A stretch of 64,000 nucleotides of DNA, taken from assembly GCA_963844035.1 (NCBI GenBank), contig CAWJMT010000036.1, forward strand, positions 1-64,000, written 5' to 3'. How positions within the stretch are numbered: the stretch's first letter is position 1; every line of letters starts with the position of its first letter. The position numbers and the translations under genes were made by a program. This document shows positions 13,156-23,251 of the stretch, piece after piece. The notes under the pieces are model-generated. The model was not told the DNA's origin and did not search any database. It saw only the letters and a program-made list of their open reading frames with translations. This DNA comes from an uncultured Gemmatimonadales bacterium (GTDB lineage Bacteria > Gemmatimonadota > Gemmatimonadetes > Gemmatimonadales > GWC2-71-9).

Positions 13156-14514
13156 CGGGCGGCCGCCGCGATCTTCGCCTTCGCTTCGGCGCCGGCCTCC
13201 GCGGTCAGGTCCTTCGGGCCGAGCTGCACCCCGATCTTCTGCAGGAACTCGTTGGGCGGTGTCCCGCCGGCGAACACCCACGTGTAGTCGTTCGGGATCA
13301 CTCGGGTTTCGCCAGCCACCTCCATCCGGACGGACTTCTCCCCGATCTCGACCGGCTGCGAATTGAAGATCACCTGGAGCTTGCCGTTCTTCGTGTACTC
13401 GGGCAGGCGGCGGGCGTTGCGGTCCTTGATTCGGGCGAATGCTTCTTTGCGATAGGAGAGTGTGACCCGGTTCCCTTTCTGGTGTGCCAGGCCCATCGCG
13501 GCTTCGACCGCGCTGTCGCCTCCGCCCACGACCAGGATGTTGGCGCCGGTGTAGGCGTCGGCTTCGATCAGGCTGTACATCACTTTCGAAAGCTCTTCGC
13601 CCTTGATGCCGAGCTTGCGCGGGGTGCCGCGGCGGCCAAGTGCGAGAATCACCGCCCGCGCCCGATGCCGGCCCTTGGACGTCTCGATGGTGAAGAGGCC
13701 GTCGGGCTCCCGCTGAATGTTCTCGACCTTCTCGTTGGTGTTGACCTTGAGTCCCGCCTGGCGGTGGAGCTGCGTCCAGAACTTCAGCAGCTCCTCCTTC
13801 GAGATCTGGAGCTTCTTGAACTTGCCGTGGAGCGGAAACTCGACCGGGCTTGTCATCACGAGCTTCTGGCGAGGGTACTTGGCCACGGTGCCCCCCAGCT
13901 CATCCTGCTCGACGGTGACGTAGCTCAGCTTGCGTTCGATGGCACGAAGCGAGGCGCTGATCCCCCCAGGGCCCGCGCCGACGATGCAGACGATCGTACA
14001 CCCCCGGCGACGGACGACGTCCGGTCTTGGCCAGGCGGGATGCGATGGTATCGACGCAGTCACGTCCCTGGTTCACCGCGTTCTTGATCAGCGCGAGCCC
14101 GCCCAGCTCTCCGACGACGAACATGTTGGGGACGGTGGTCTCGTAGGCGGGTGTGAGCCGCGGCATGTCGGCGCTCACACTGGGGTTCGCCATGACGATC
14201 GTGATGGCCCCGACCGGGCAGGCGTCGGCGCAGAGTCCGTGCCCGATGCACTTGTGGCCATTGACGATGGCGGCCTTGCCCCCGATCACCGCCAGCACGT
14301 CGCCCTCTGGACAGACATCTACGCACGCACCACACCCGATGCAGTGGCTCGCGTCAATGTGGGGGTGCTGGGCCCGGGGGCCGTCGGAAAACAGCTTGCC
14401 GCGCTTGGCGGCAGCGATGGCAGCGGCCTCCTTCTTCCTCGTGCGCCGGATGTGCGATAGGACCGAGAATCCAAGGATTGCCGCGAAGGCGACATACATC
14501 AGGGTGTCGTTCAT
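13152..14514 (-). CDS. Membrane-anchored 2x[4Fe-4S] ferredoxin fused to a TrxB/YpdA-like FAD/NAD(P)H oxidoreductase; frameshift near 13995
   Basis: SD GAAGGAAG then MNDTLMYVAFAAILG (TM); CIGCGACVDVCP and CIGHGLCADACP; after the shift CIVGAGPGG, LALGRRG, VVGGGDSAVE..YRK. Confidence 0.88.
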
Positions 14515-14577
14515 GCTTCCTTCATGAAGGCCGGAGGACCGCAGGAAACATAGTGCGGGGCGTGCGTCCGGTTTGCC

Positions 14578-14627
14578 TGTAGCCCAAGTCACAGACGCAT
14601 CTGTCCAGTGGGCGTAAATCGTATACT
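14578..14627 (+). promoter_or_regulatory. Possible CRP/FNR-family site and -10 box in the divergent promoter
   Basis: TGTAG-N6-TCACA (14578-14593) and TATACT (14622-14627) upstream of ATG 14638. Confidence 0.3.
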
Positions 14628-14637
14628 GATACCTACT

Positions 14638-15621
14638 ATGCCTCTCTCCGGAGCTGTTCCCGCGCCCCCGGTGCGGCTGGAGCGTCGCTCGAGCGTTCCC
14701 GCCCCCCCGCTCCAGCGTAGCGCGCCGGCTCGCCCCACTCCGCACCCCCGCGAGCGGCCGCGCGGGCGGAAAACGCTGTTGTTCAGCGTGGTCGTGCTCA
14801 CCGGGATCTGCATCGCCGGCCTGCCGTACTACACGCTTTCCCCTGGCGCTCGTATGCGGGATCCGCTGCATCCCTGGCTCAGGCCATCGGGATACATCGG
14901 CCAGAGCGCCGGGCTGCTCGCGCTCGCGATCTTTGTGTTCCTCTGGCTGTATCCGGTCAGAAAGAAGTTCCGCTGGCTCGCGTTCACCGGCACGATCGCC
15001 AAATGGTTCAACGTGCACGTGCTGGCGGCGCTCGCGCTTCCCCTGCTGGTCGCCATCCACGCCGCCTGGCGGTTCGACGGTCTGATCGGCCTCGGCTTCT
15101 GGTCCATGATGGTCGTGTGGATGAGCGGCATCGCGGGGCGTTACGTCTACGCCCGCATTCCGCGCGGCAAAGCAGGCGTCGAGCTCACCATGGAGGAGAT
15201 CGCGGCCCAGCGCAAAGCGCTGCTGGCCGAGATCGCCCAGCGGAGCGGGTTGGAGCCGAGCCGGGTCGAGTCCACGCTCGCCGCCGGCCAAGGGTCTGCC
15301 GCCAAGCGCGGAATCGGGGCGACGCTCATCCGCATGGTCGCCGACGACCTGGCACGGCGCCGGGCGGCGCGAGAGCTGCGGCGGCTGTGGCGGACCAGCG
15401 GACGAGCCCGGCGCAAAGAGGATCGGAAGGTCGTTGCGACGATGCTGCAGCTGGCCCGCCGGGAGATGGCGCTGGCGCAGCAGGCGCGCATGCTCGATGC
15501 CACCCACGCGGTGTTCCGCTACTGGCACGTACTGCACCGTCCAGTGGCGGTGGCCGCCCTGTTGGCGGTGCTGGTCCACGTAGCAGTGGTGGTCGCGCTC
15601 GGCGCGACGTGGCTGTGGTGA
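14638..15621 (+). CDS. Inner-membrane ferric-reductase-like (putative di-heme b) protein
   Basis: About 5 TM helices; two H-x13-H pairs (HVLAALALPLLVAIH and HRPVAVAALLAVLVH). Confidence 0.75.
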   Translation: MPLSGAVPAPPVRLERRSSVPAPPLQRSAPARPTPHPRERPRGRKTLLFSVVVLTGICIAGLPYYTLSPGARMRDPLHPWLRPSGYIGQSAGLLALAIFVFLWLYPVRKKFRWLAFTGTIAKWFNVHVLAALALPLLVAIHAAWRFDGLIGLGFWSMMVVWMSGIAGRYVYARIPRGKAGVELTMEEIAAQRKALLAEIAQRSGLEPSRVESTLAAGQGSAAKRGIGATLIRMVADDLARRRAARELRRLWRTSGRARRKEDRKVVATMLQLARREMALAQQARMLDATHAVFRYWHVLHRPVAVAALLAVLVHVAVVVALGATWLW

Positions 15622-17408
15622 GGTATGGCGCACTGGTGCTGGCTCTCATGTGCCTCGGAACTCCGGTGATCGCGCAGATCTCGCCGGGGCCGCTGGCCAA
15701 GCCGCACGAGCAGCTGGAGGGGGCGCTGCAGTGCGTCAAATGTCATGGCGGAGGTCGCAAGGGCGGCAAGGAGCAGATGCAATCGCTCTGCCTGGATTGC
15801 CACAAGGAAGTCGCGTGGCTGGTCGAGCGCAATCGAGGCTTCCACGCCGGCGTGCGCGCGCAGCGCTGCACCAGCTGCCACCCCGACCATGGCGGAAAGG
15901 ACTTTGCCCTGATCAGCTGGCCGGCAGGCGATCAGCAGAGGTTCGACCACGCCACGGCCCGGTGGCCGCTCGAGGGCGGTCACCGGAAGGTGAAATGCGC
16001 GGACTGCCATAAGCAGAAGTTTCGGGTCTCGAACGCGGCGACGCTCTCGGCGCGGAAGGCTCCCGAGTGGGGGTGGGTGGGACTGGAGCAGCGCTGCGCT
16101 TCGTGCCACGAAGACGTGCACCGCGGGCGTCTTGGCACGACGTGCGACAAGTGTCACGTGGCGCTGAATTGGAAGACGATCAATAAGTCCTCGTTCGACC
16201 ACGACAAGACGAAGTATCCGCTGCGCGGCCGGCACGTGGAGGTGGCATGCGACAAGTGCCACAATTTCTCCGCGGGCAAGGCGGTGACCAGTCCCCTGTT
16301 CGCGAAGTGCACCGACTGTCACAAGGACGACCACGCGGGGACCGCCACGCTCGCCGGCCGGGTTGTGGACTGTGCCGCGTGCCACACCGTGAGCGGATGG
16401 CAACCATCGACGTACACGGTGGTCCAGCACCGGCAGGCGAAGTACGCGCTCGACGGCCGGCACGAGCAGGTGAAGTGCAACGCCTGTCACGTGAAAGCCA
16501 AGCCCGGCGTGCCGGTCACGCAGGTCGGTGTGGCCGGTGTGGTGATGCGCCCCGCGGCGAGCCAGTGCCGCGATTGCCACGCCGATGACCATGGGGCTCA
16601 GCTGGCCCGCCGGCCGGACCGCGGCGCGTGCCATACTTGTCACACCGTGAAGGGGTGGAAGCCGAGCACGTACACCGTCGCGACGCACGCAACGCTGCGG
16701 CTGCGCCTCGAGGGCAGGCACGCGGAGATCGAATGTCGCGCATGCCATGGGCCCAATCGCCTGGGCCTGCCGGCGCTGCCGGACACTCAGGTCCTGGGCC
16801 GGGCTCGGGTGATGCTCACACTGAAGGAGATCGAATGCGCGGCGTGCCACGTCGATCCCCACAAGGGACGCTTCGCGGCGGGAGGGACGCGCGCTAAGCC
16901 CAAGGGATGCCTGGCCTGCCACGATGTGCGGACGTTCCGCACCTCCACGACCGACGTCGCTGCGCATGCGACGTTCGGTTTCGTCCTCGAGGGTGCCCAT
17001 CGGGCGACGGCGTGCGTCGGATGCCACGAGGAGTTCAAGCGCTCGGGCGCAACCAAACGCTCGTCGCTGCTACTGGCCGCCAGCGGCATCGGCGAGCTTC
17101 GCTTCGAGGCGAAGCGCGACTGCGCGGCGTGCCACCAGACACCACATGGGCGTCAATTCGATGCGCGGAAGGACCGCGGCCGGTGTGACGCCTGCCATGG
17201 GGTAGACGGCTTCGCTCCTGCTTCGAAGTTCGATCACACCAAGGACGCGACGTTCTCCACCCGGGGCGCGCACGAGCGTGTCCCGTGCAACCAGTGCCAT
17301 GCGGTTGACCAGAAGAGTCGTACGCCGCAGGTCGTGATCTACCGACCGGTCTCCGGAAAATGCGAGAGCTGCCACGGGAACGAGCCAAACAAGGGTAGGT
17401 CCAAATGA
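15618..17408 (+). CDS. Secreted multiheme cytochrome c, 20 CXXCH
   Basis: GTG start overlapping the upstream TGA; signal peptide then QISPGPLAKPH; 20 CXXCH counted manually. Confidence 0.93.
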   Translation: MRYGALVLALMCLGTPVIAQISPGPLAKPHEQLEGALQCVKCHGGGRKGGKEQMQSLCLDCHKEVAWLVERNRGFHAGVRAQRCTSCHPDHGGKDFALISWPAGDQQRFDHATARWPLEGGHRKVKCADCHKQKFRVSNAATLSARKAPEWGWVGLEQRCASCHEDVHRGRLGTTCDKCHVALNWKTINKSSFDHDKTKYPLRGRHVEVACDKCHNFSAGKAVTSPLFAKCTDCHKDDHAGTATLAGRVVDCAACHTVSGWQPSTYTVVQHRQAKYALDGRHEQVKCNACHVKAKPGVPVTQVGVAGVVMRPAASQCRDCHADDHGAQLARRPDRGACHTCHTVKGWKPSTYTVATHATLRLRLEGRHAEIECRACHGPNRLGLPALPDTQVLGRARVMLTLKEIECAACHVDPHKGRFAAGGTRAKPKGCLACHDVRTFRTSTTDVAAHATFGFVLEGAHRATACVGCHEEFKRSGATKRSSLLLAASGIGELRFEAKRDCAACHQTPHGRQFDARKDRGRCDACHGVDGFAPASKFDHTKDATFSTRGAHERVPCNQCHAVDQKSRTPQVVIYRPVSGKCESCHGNEPNKGRSK

Positions 17409-19294
17409 GAGGCCTCGTCTTAGTTGGGCTCGCGCTGGTGGTTGCGACTCCGCTCGCCGCCCAGGAGCGCACGCGTTCACCGCACGGCGCTCTGAAGATG
17501 GAGTGCATGAGCTGCCACGTGTCGACCGGTTGGACCCCGGTGCGGGTGGCCAAGACGTTCGATCACTCCAAGTTCGGGTTTACCCTTGGCGGCGCTCATG
17601 GAGCGGCCAACTGCCGGGCCTGCCACCAAGCGCTCGATTTCAAAGGCGTCAAGTCGGATTGCGTCTCCTGCCACACGGATCGACACCGGGGCGAGCTGGG
17701 CGCCAACTGCGCCCGCTGCCACACGGCGCGCAGCTTCCTCGATCGCGACTTGATGACCAAGGCCCATCAGCTGAGCCGGTTCCCGCTGCAAGGCGGGCAC
17801 CTGGGCGTGGACTGCTCCAGCTGCCACAAGTCGGGCGCGCAGGGTTCAATGCAATTCGTGGGGACGCAGAGCGAGTGCGTCGTCTGTCACAAAGCGGACT
17901 TCAACACCGCGCCGAACCACGTCGCCAGCAGTTTCCCGACCGGCTGCGTGGGATGCCATAACCAGGTAGCCTGGAACCGGGTGGGCGGCCTGGGCGGCGC
18001 CCATCCGTCGGTCCCGCTTGCGTTGACCGGGGTCCACGCCAACCGGCAGTGCACCGACTGCCATCTGGCCGGCCAGGCGCATGCCGCGGTGAAGCAGACC
18101 TGCGACGGGTGCCACCATAGCGACTTTGTCGCCGCCAAGGACCCGGACCACGTGGCCGCGCCGTTCTCCACCAGCTGCACCACGTGCCACGCGCTCGTGG
18201 CAGGGTGGACCGGCGCCACGTACGCCACGCACTCGACAGCGCCGATCAACCCCAAGCAGGGAGCGCATGGCGCGGTGACCTGCACGCAGTGTCATACCAG
18301 GGCGCCCTACTCGAGCGCGCCGACGACCTGCGACGCGTGCCACCACACCGACTACGTCGCAACGACCAGATCCGAACCATACGTCCGCCGGGTACTCGAC
18401 CAACTGCGTCACCTGCCACCAGGTGGTGGCTGGCTGGGCCGGGGCCACCGTCAATCATCCAACCACCCCGATCGCGCTGACTGGGGTGCACGCCAACCGG
18501 CAGTGCACCGACTGCCATCTGGCGGGCCAGGCGTATACCGCCGTGCAGCAGACCTGCGACGGCTGTCACCACAGCGACTTTGTCGCCGCCAAGGACCCGG
18601 ACCACGTGGCGGCGGCGTTCTCGCCAAACTGCACTACGTGCCACGCGCTCGTGGCGGGGTGGACCGGCGCCACGTATGCCACGCATCCCACCGCGCCGAT
18701 CAATCCCAAGCAGGGAGCGCATGGCGCGGTGACCTGCACACAGTGTCATACCAGGTCCCCCTACTCGAGCGCGCCGACAACCTGCGACGGGTGTCACCAC
18801 GCCGACTACGTCGCGACCAACAATCCGAGCCACACGGCCGCCGGCTATTCGACCAACTGCGTCTCGTGCCACCAGGTGGTGGCTGGCTGGGCCGGGGCCA
18901 GCGTCAATCACCCGACCACCCCGCTTGCGCTGACCGGGCAGCACGCGATACCACCCCGGACCTGCGGCGATTGTCACACGACCACGACGTACTCCAGTGT
19001 GGCACAGACCTGCGACGGGTGTCATCACGCCGACTACGTGGGCGTGACCGACCCGAACCACACGGCGGCCGGCATGGGGGCCTTCGCCGCGGCGAACTGC
19101 ACCACCTGCCACTCGCCGACCAGGACCTCCTGGAGCGGGCCGACGTGGACTCACATGGCCATCGTCAATCCTCGACGGGTTCGGCTGCCCCATGAAGGCG
19201 CGTCCTGCGCAGACTGCCATCAGACGGCCAGCAACTACACGTCAAGAGCTGTGCGGGCTCCGGGTGCCACAAGAACGCGAACGGCCCCAACTGA
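17405..19294 (+). CDS. Secreted multiheme cytochrome c, 23 CXXCH plus one CX4CH; frameshifts near 18369 and 19240
   Basis: Signal MRGLVLVGLALVVATPLAAQ; 12 motifs before and 11 after the first shift; the reconstructed C-terminus is ..SCAGSGCHKNANGPN* (TGA 19292-19294). Confidence 0.88.
18020..18930 (+). repeat. Intragenic tandem duplication, about 453-bp unit (151 codons, six hemes)
   Basis: cacgccaaccggcagtgcaccgactgccatctggc occurs at 18035 and 18489; the downstream sequence stays near-identical. Confidence 0.9.
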
Positions 19295-19297
19295 CCA

Positions 19298-21837
19298 ATG
19301 GCGCGCGCACTGCCGATGGGCGGTGCTCCTGGGGCTCGTGTTGCCGACCACAGTCGTGGCCCAGAAGGTCGGTCCGACGCGCACCGCAAGCGTCACGTAC
19401 CTGGGCCGTGGCTGGCTGTTTGTCGACGCGGGGTCGGCGGAGGGACTGCGGGAGGGTAGCCAGGTCGAGATCGTGCGGCGCGGCCGCACCGTCGCTGTGC
19501 TACGGGTCGAGTCTGTGGATGTCCACCAGGCGAATTGCACTGTGGTCAGCCGCCAGCTTGGTCCAATCGTCGGCGATTCTGTTCGATTCACGCCCGTTGC
19601 CTCGCCAGCCAGGAAGTTGCCCGTCGTGGCTGCACGGCCACCCGCGCTGCCCGCGCCAGCTGCGCCGTCCGCCGAGTCCACGGGTGCCGCGACCATGACA
19701 CGTCCGCAGGTGGCGCCCCCGCGCCCGGACTCCACGCAGACGTTGCGGTTCGTGAGCCCAGAGTCGGTCATTCGTCCACCCCTGGTCGAGCAGCCGGTCC
19801 TGGACGCGACGGCGTCGCGGCAGGGCGGCACTGCAACGGTCACGTACATGAGCGGTGACTGGCTGCTTGTCGACGCGGGATCGGCAGAGGGACTGCTTCG
19901 GGGCAGTGAAGTGGAGGTTATGCGGCGCGGCCGCACCGTCGCCCTGCTGCGGGTCGAGTCGCTGGTTGACCACCAGGCGAACTGCGCCGTGGTGAGCCGT
20001 CAGCTTCCTTTGACAGTCGGCGACTCGGTTCGCTTTACCCCCATCGAGCCTCCAACCAGGACGCCACCGGTGATTGCCGCACAGCCGCCCACTCCGCAGG
20101 TGGCGCCGCCATCGGTGCGGGCGGTACCGCCCGTGCGCCCCCCCGACGTCGCGGTCGGTGCGGCGACAAGGGTCCCGGCCGTTTCGCCCTCCCGCAAGGA
20201 CTCGATCGCGGCACGGGCGCTTGTGACTCCCGCGTCGGCTCCTGCCCCATCGGTGGTGCGCCAGCCTCTCGCGGTCGCGACGACGTTACGGCCAGGCATA
20301 ACGAACGTGACCTTCGTGTCCGGTGCGGAGATCTATGTGGGCGCGGGACGGCGGGAAGGACTATTGGACGGCGCGGAGCTGTACGTCGTCCGACGCGATT
20401 CTGTTGTCTCGACGCTGCGCGTGAAGTTCCTCTCATCACACCAGGCCTCGTGCGAGGTGATTCAGGGCGTCAGTGATCTCGTGGTGGGAGACGTAGTGCG
20501 CTTCGTGCCGAGCCTCTCGGTGCCCGGAACGGGCACCATGGCGATGGCAGATCGCCCGCGGCGCCCCCGCCGACTGAGCGGGCCGGGCATCCACGGTCGC
20601 CTTGGCTTGCGCCATCTCCGCGGGACTTCTGGTATCAGTAACGGATTCGTCCACCGTGCAGACCGGGCGCACCGCTTTCAATCAGCCGTCGTTCGACCTG
20701 CGTTTGGCCGGTCTCAGCATCGGTGGCACCCCGATGGGGCTCGCGGTGGATCTCCGGACCCGGCGAACCGCGACTACCTCGACCGGGCAGGCGAGCAGCG
20801 TCGATGGAAGAACCCGTGTCTATCAAATGGCGGTGTTCTGGGGTGCGCCGGGCGCTCCACTGCGGACAGTCGCCGGGCGCCAGTATCTGGCGGCGGTCAC
20901 GTCGGTCGGCATGTTCGACGGCGGCTTGGTCGAGGTCAACCGCTCGCACGTCACGCTGGGCGTATTCGGCGGCCTCGAGCCGGACGCCGCCAACCTCGGC
21001 TTCTCCCGGGCCATTCAGGACCACGGCGCCTACGTCCAAGTTCACAATCGCCCGGGTACGCCCAGCTCGTGGTTCCTCACGACGGGCGCCGTCCGATCGT
21101 TCCAGGCTGGTTCCGCCAACCGCGAGTTCGGTTTCATGCAGGCGAGTGCCAGCAGCAGCCGCTTCTCCTTCTACGGACTGCAGGAGGTGGATTACTACCC
21201 GTCCTGGAAGGTGCAGCTGGGCGAAAGGCAGTTCTCCTTCACCAGCCAATATGCCAGCGGCCTGTACCGTCCATCCCACTGGCTCTCGTTCAACGGCACC
21301 TATGACAACCGGCGCAGCGTTCGCCTCTATCGCGACACGCAGAACCCCGAGACGAGCTTCGACGACGCGTACCGCCAGGGCTATGGCGGTGGTGTCCAGC
21401 TCACCGCCCGCAAGGCCTACGTCGGCGGAGACTGGCGGCGGAGCACCGGTGGGACGGCCGGCGCAGCCGACTCCTACACTGGGACCTTGGGACTGGACCG
21501 GTTCACGCCGCTCAAACTTGGCTTCTCGGCGCGAGCGACCTGGTATCAGAACCAGAATGACTCCGTCTCCATGCGGACCCGGGGACAACTCTACGCCGGG
21601 CGGCTGGGCTTCGATCCGGTGAGCATGCTGCATATCGATTTGAATGGAGGCTTCCGACGGGAGCACAATCCCAGCAGCGCCGTGCTACAGCAATCGACGT
21701 GGTTCGGCGTGGACATGGATGCGAGCGTGGCCCGCTCCTGGTTTGTGTCGTTTTCCGGACTGCGACAGAAGGATCCTGCCAACCCGGGCACCATCACCAC
21801 GACCCAGATGTACGCCAGTGTCACGTGGCGCTTCTAG
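19298..21837 (+). CDS. Outer-membrane beta-barrel protein with three N-terminal repeated domains and Pro-rich linkers; frameshifts near 19314 and 20610-20640
   Basis: Reconstructed signal MARALRWAVLLGLVLPTTVVAQ; 3x VTY/F..(D/G)AG..EGL..G..HQAxC..VGDxVRF; amphipathic strands; C-terminal YASVTWRF (BAM-type signal). Confidence 0.8.
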
Positions 21838-22027
21838 GCCTCGGGTGCGAAGCCTACCGGACCTCCTCCCCTGTCACGGTGTATCCCCAAGCGTGCCAGT
21901 TCCCCATGACTCGGCGCGTAGTCACCTCTCTTTCGCTCCCGCCCTTCCCACACGCATCACAATTCTGATGGACCTCGTCGGGTATGGGAGCGCCGCGCAG
22001 ATGCCACGAACAGGTTGTGAGGGGGGC

Positions 22028-23251
22028 ATGAGAAGAGCGCATCTTCTCCTGGGCACGCTGGGGGCGTGGCTCGTGTGCGCGCCCCTGGGCGCCCAGCAAA
22101 CGACCCGGAATCCCCACGGGAAGCTGGCCGAAGAGTGCGCCGTGTGCCACAGCGCCGACGGGTGGGTACCGGCGCGCGTCAGCACCAAGTTCGACCACTC
22201 GAAGAAGGGGTTCGTGCTCGCCGGCGCGCACGCCACCGCCACCTGCCGGAGTTGCCATGCCACGCTGGACTTCCACGGCGCGTCGCGGGATTGCGCTTCC
22301 TGTCACAAGGACGTCCACCACGGCGAGCTCGGTGCGGACTGCAGCCGCTGCCACACGCCGCGCAGCTTCATCGACCGGTCGGGCATGGCGCGGGCGCATC
22401 AGCTGACCCGCTTCCCGCTCACCGGCTCACACCTCACGCTCGACTGCGAGGCCTGCCATCCACCGACCACTCAGGGCCGGCTGACGTTCGTCAACGTGCC
22501 GACCCAGTGCGTCGGGTGCCATCGCCCGAACTATCAGGCGGCCAAGAATCCCGACCACGTCGCCGGGGTGTTCCCGCAGGACTGTTCGCAATGTCATGCG
22601 ACCACCCTCTGGGCCAACGCCCGGTTCAATCATGACGCCGCCGGGTTCTCGCTCACCGGGGCACACCGCGCCATCACCTGCGCGCAGTGCCACACGGGGC
22701 CGAATGCGAGCGCCGGCACCCAGTGCCAGTCGTGCCACCAGCAGGACTACGCGGGGACCACCAATCCCGGCCATGCAGCGGCGGGGTTCCCCACGACCTG
22801 CCAGACCTGCCACTCGACGAGCAGCTGGAGCGGCTCGGCATTCAATCACGACGGCACCGGTTTCTCGCTCACGGGCGCCCACCGCACCGCGAGCTGCGCG
22901 CAGTGTCACGTCGGCGGTCACTACTCCGGTACGAGCTCCGCGTGTGTGTCCTGCCACCAGCAGGAGTACAGCGGGACTATCAACCCCGGCCATACATCCG
23001 CGGGATTCCCGACGACGTGCGAGACCTGCCACACGACCACCCGCTGGACGGGAGCGACGTTCAATCACACGTGGTTCCGGGTGCCGCATCACGGCGTCCG
23101 GAACTGCACCCAGTGTCACACGGCGGGTGCCAACTACGCGCAGTTCGACTGCACGACGTGCCACACGAAGAGCCAGACGGATCCGGACCACCGAGAGGTG
23201 AACGGCTACGTGTGGAACAGCACCAACTGCTACGCCTGTCATCGCCGGTGA
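22028..23251 (+). CDS. Secreted multiheme cytochrome c, 16 CXXCH
   Basis: SD GAGGGGG, signal MRRAHLLLGTLGAWLVCAPLGAQ; 16 CXXCH; N-terminus paralogous to the 17405 gene. Confidence 0.93.
   Translation: MRRAHLLLGTLGAWLVCAPLGAQQTTRNPHGKLAEECAVCHSADGWVPARVSTKFDHSKKGFVLAGAHATATCRSCHATLDFHGASRDCASCHKDVHHGELGADCSRCHTPRSFIDRSGMARAHQLTRFPLTGSHLTLDCEACHPPTTQGRLTFVNVPTQCVGCHRPNYQAAKNPDHVAGVFPQDCSQCHATTLWANARFNHDAAGFSLTGAHRAITCAQCHTGPNASAGTQCQSCHQQDYAGTTNPGHAAAGFPTTCQTCHSTSSWSGSAFNHDGTGFSLTGAHRTASCAQCHVGGHYSGTSSACVSCHQQEYSGTINPGHTSAGFPTTCETCHTTTRWTGATFNHTWFRVPHHGVRNCTQCHTAGANYAQFDCTTCHTKSQTDPDHREVNGYVWNSTNCYACHRR

Noticed and set aside
18423..21305. 960-aa ORF suggesting a cytochrome-porin fusion
   Set aside because: Two compensating indels (about 19240 and 19314) hide a heme motif, a TGA at 19292 and an ATG at 19298 with a signal peptide. 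The paralogous cassette has separate genes.
21838..21870. Possible c-di-GMP-I/GEMM riboswitch before the 16-heme gene (GGGTGCGAAGCCTACCGGACCT)
   Set aside because: Only a loose resemblance to the P1/P2 junction; I see no GGCAAAC/GAAA P1 hairpin or matching 3' strand. An Rfam RF01051 scan would settle it.
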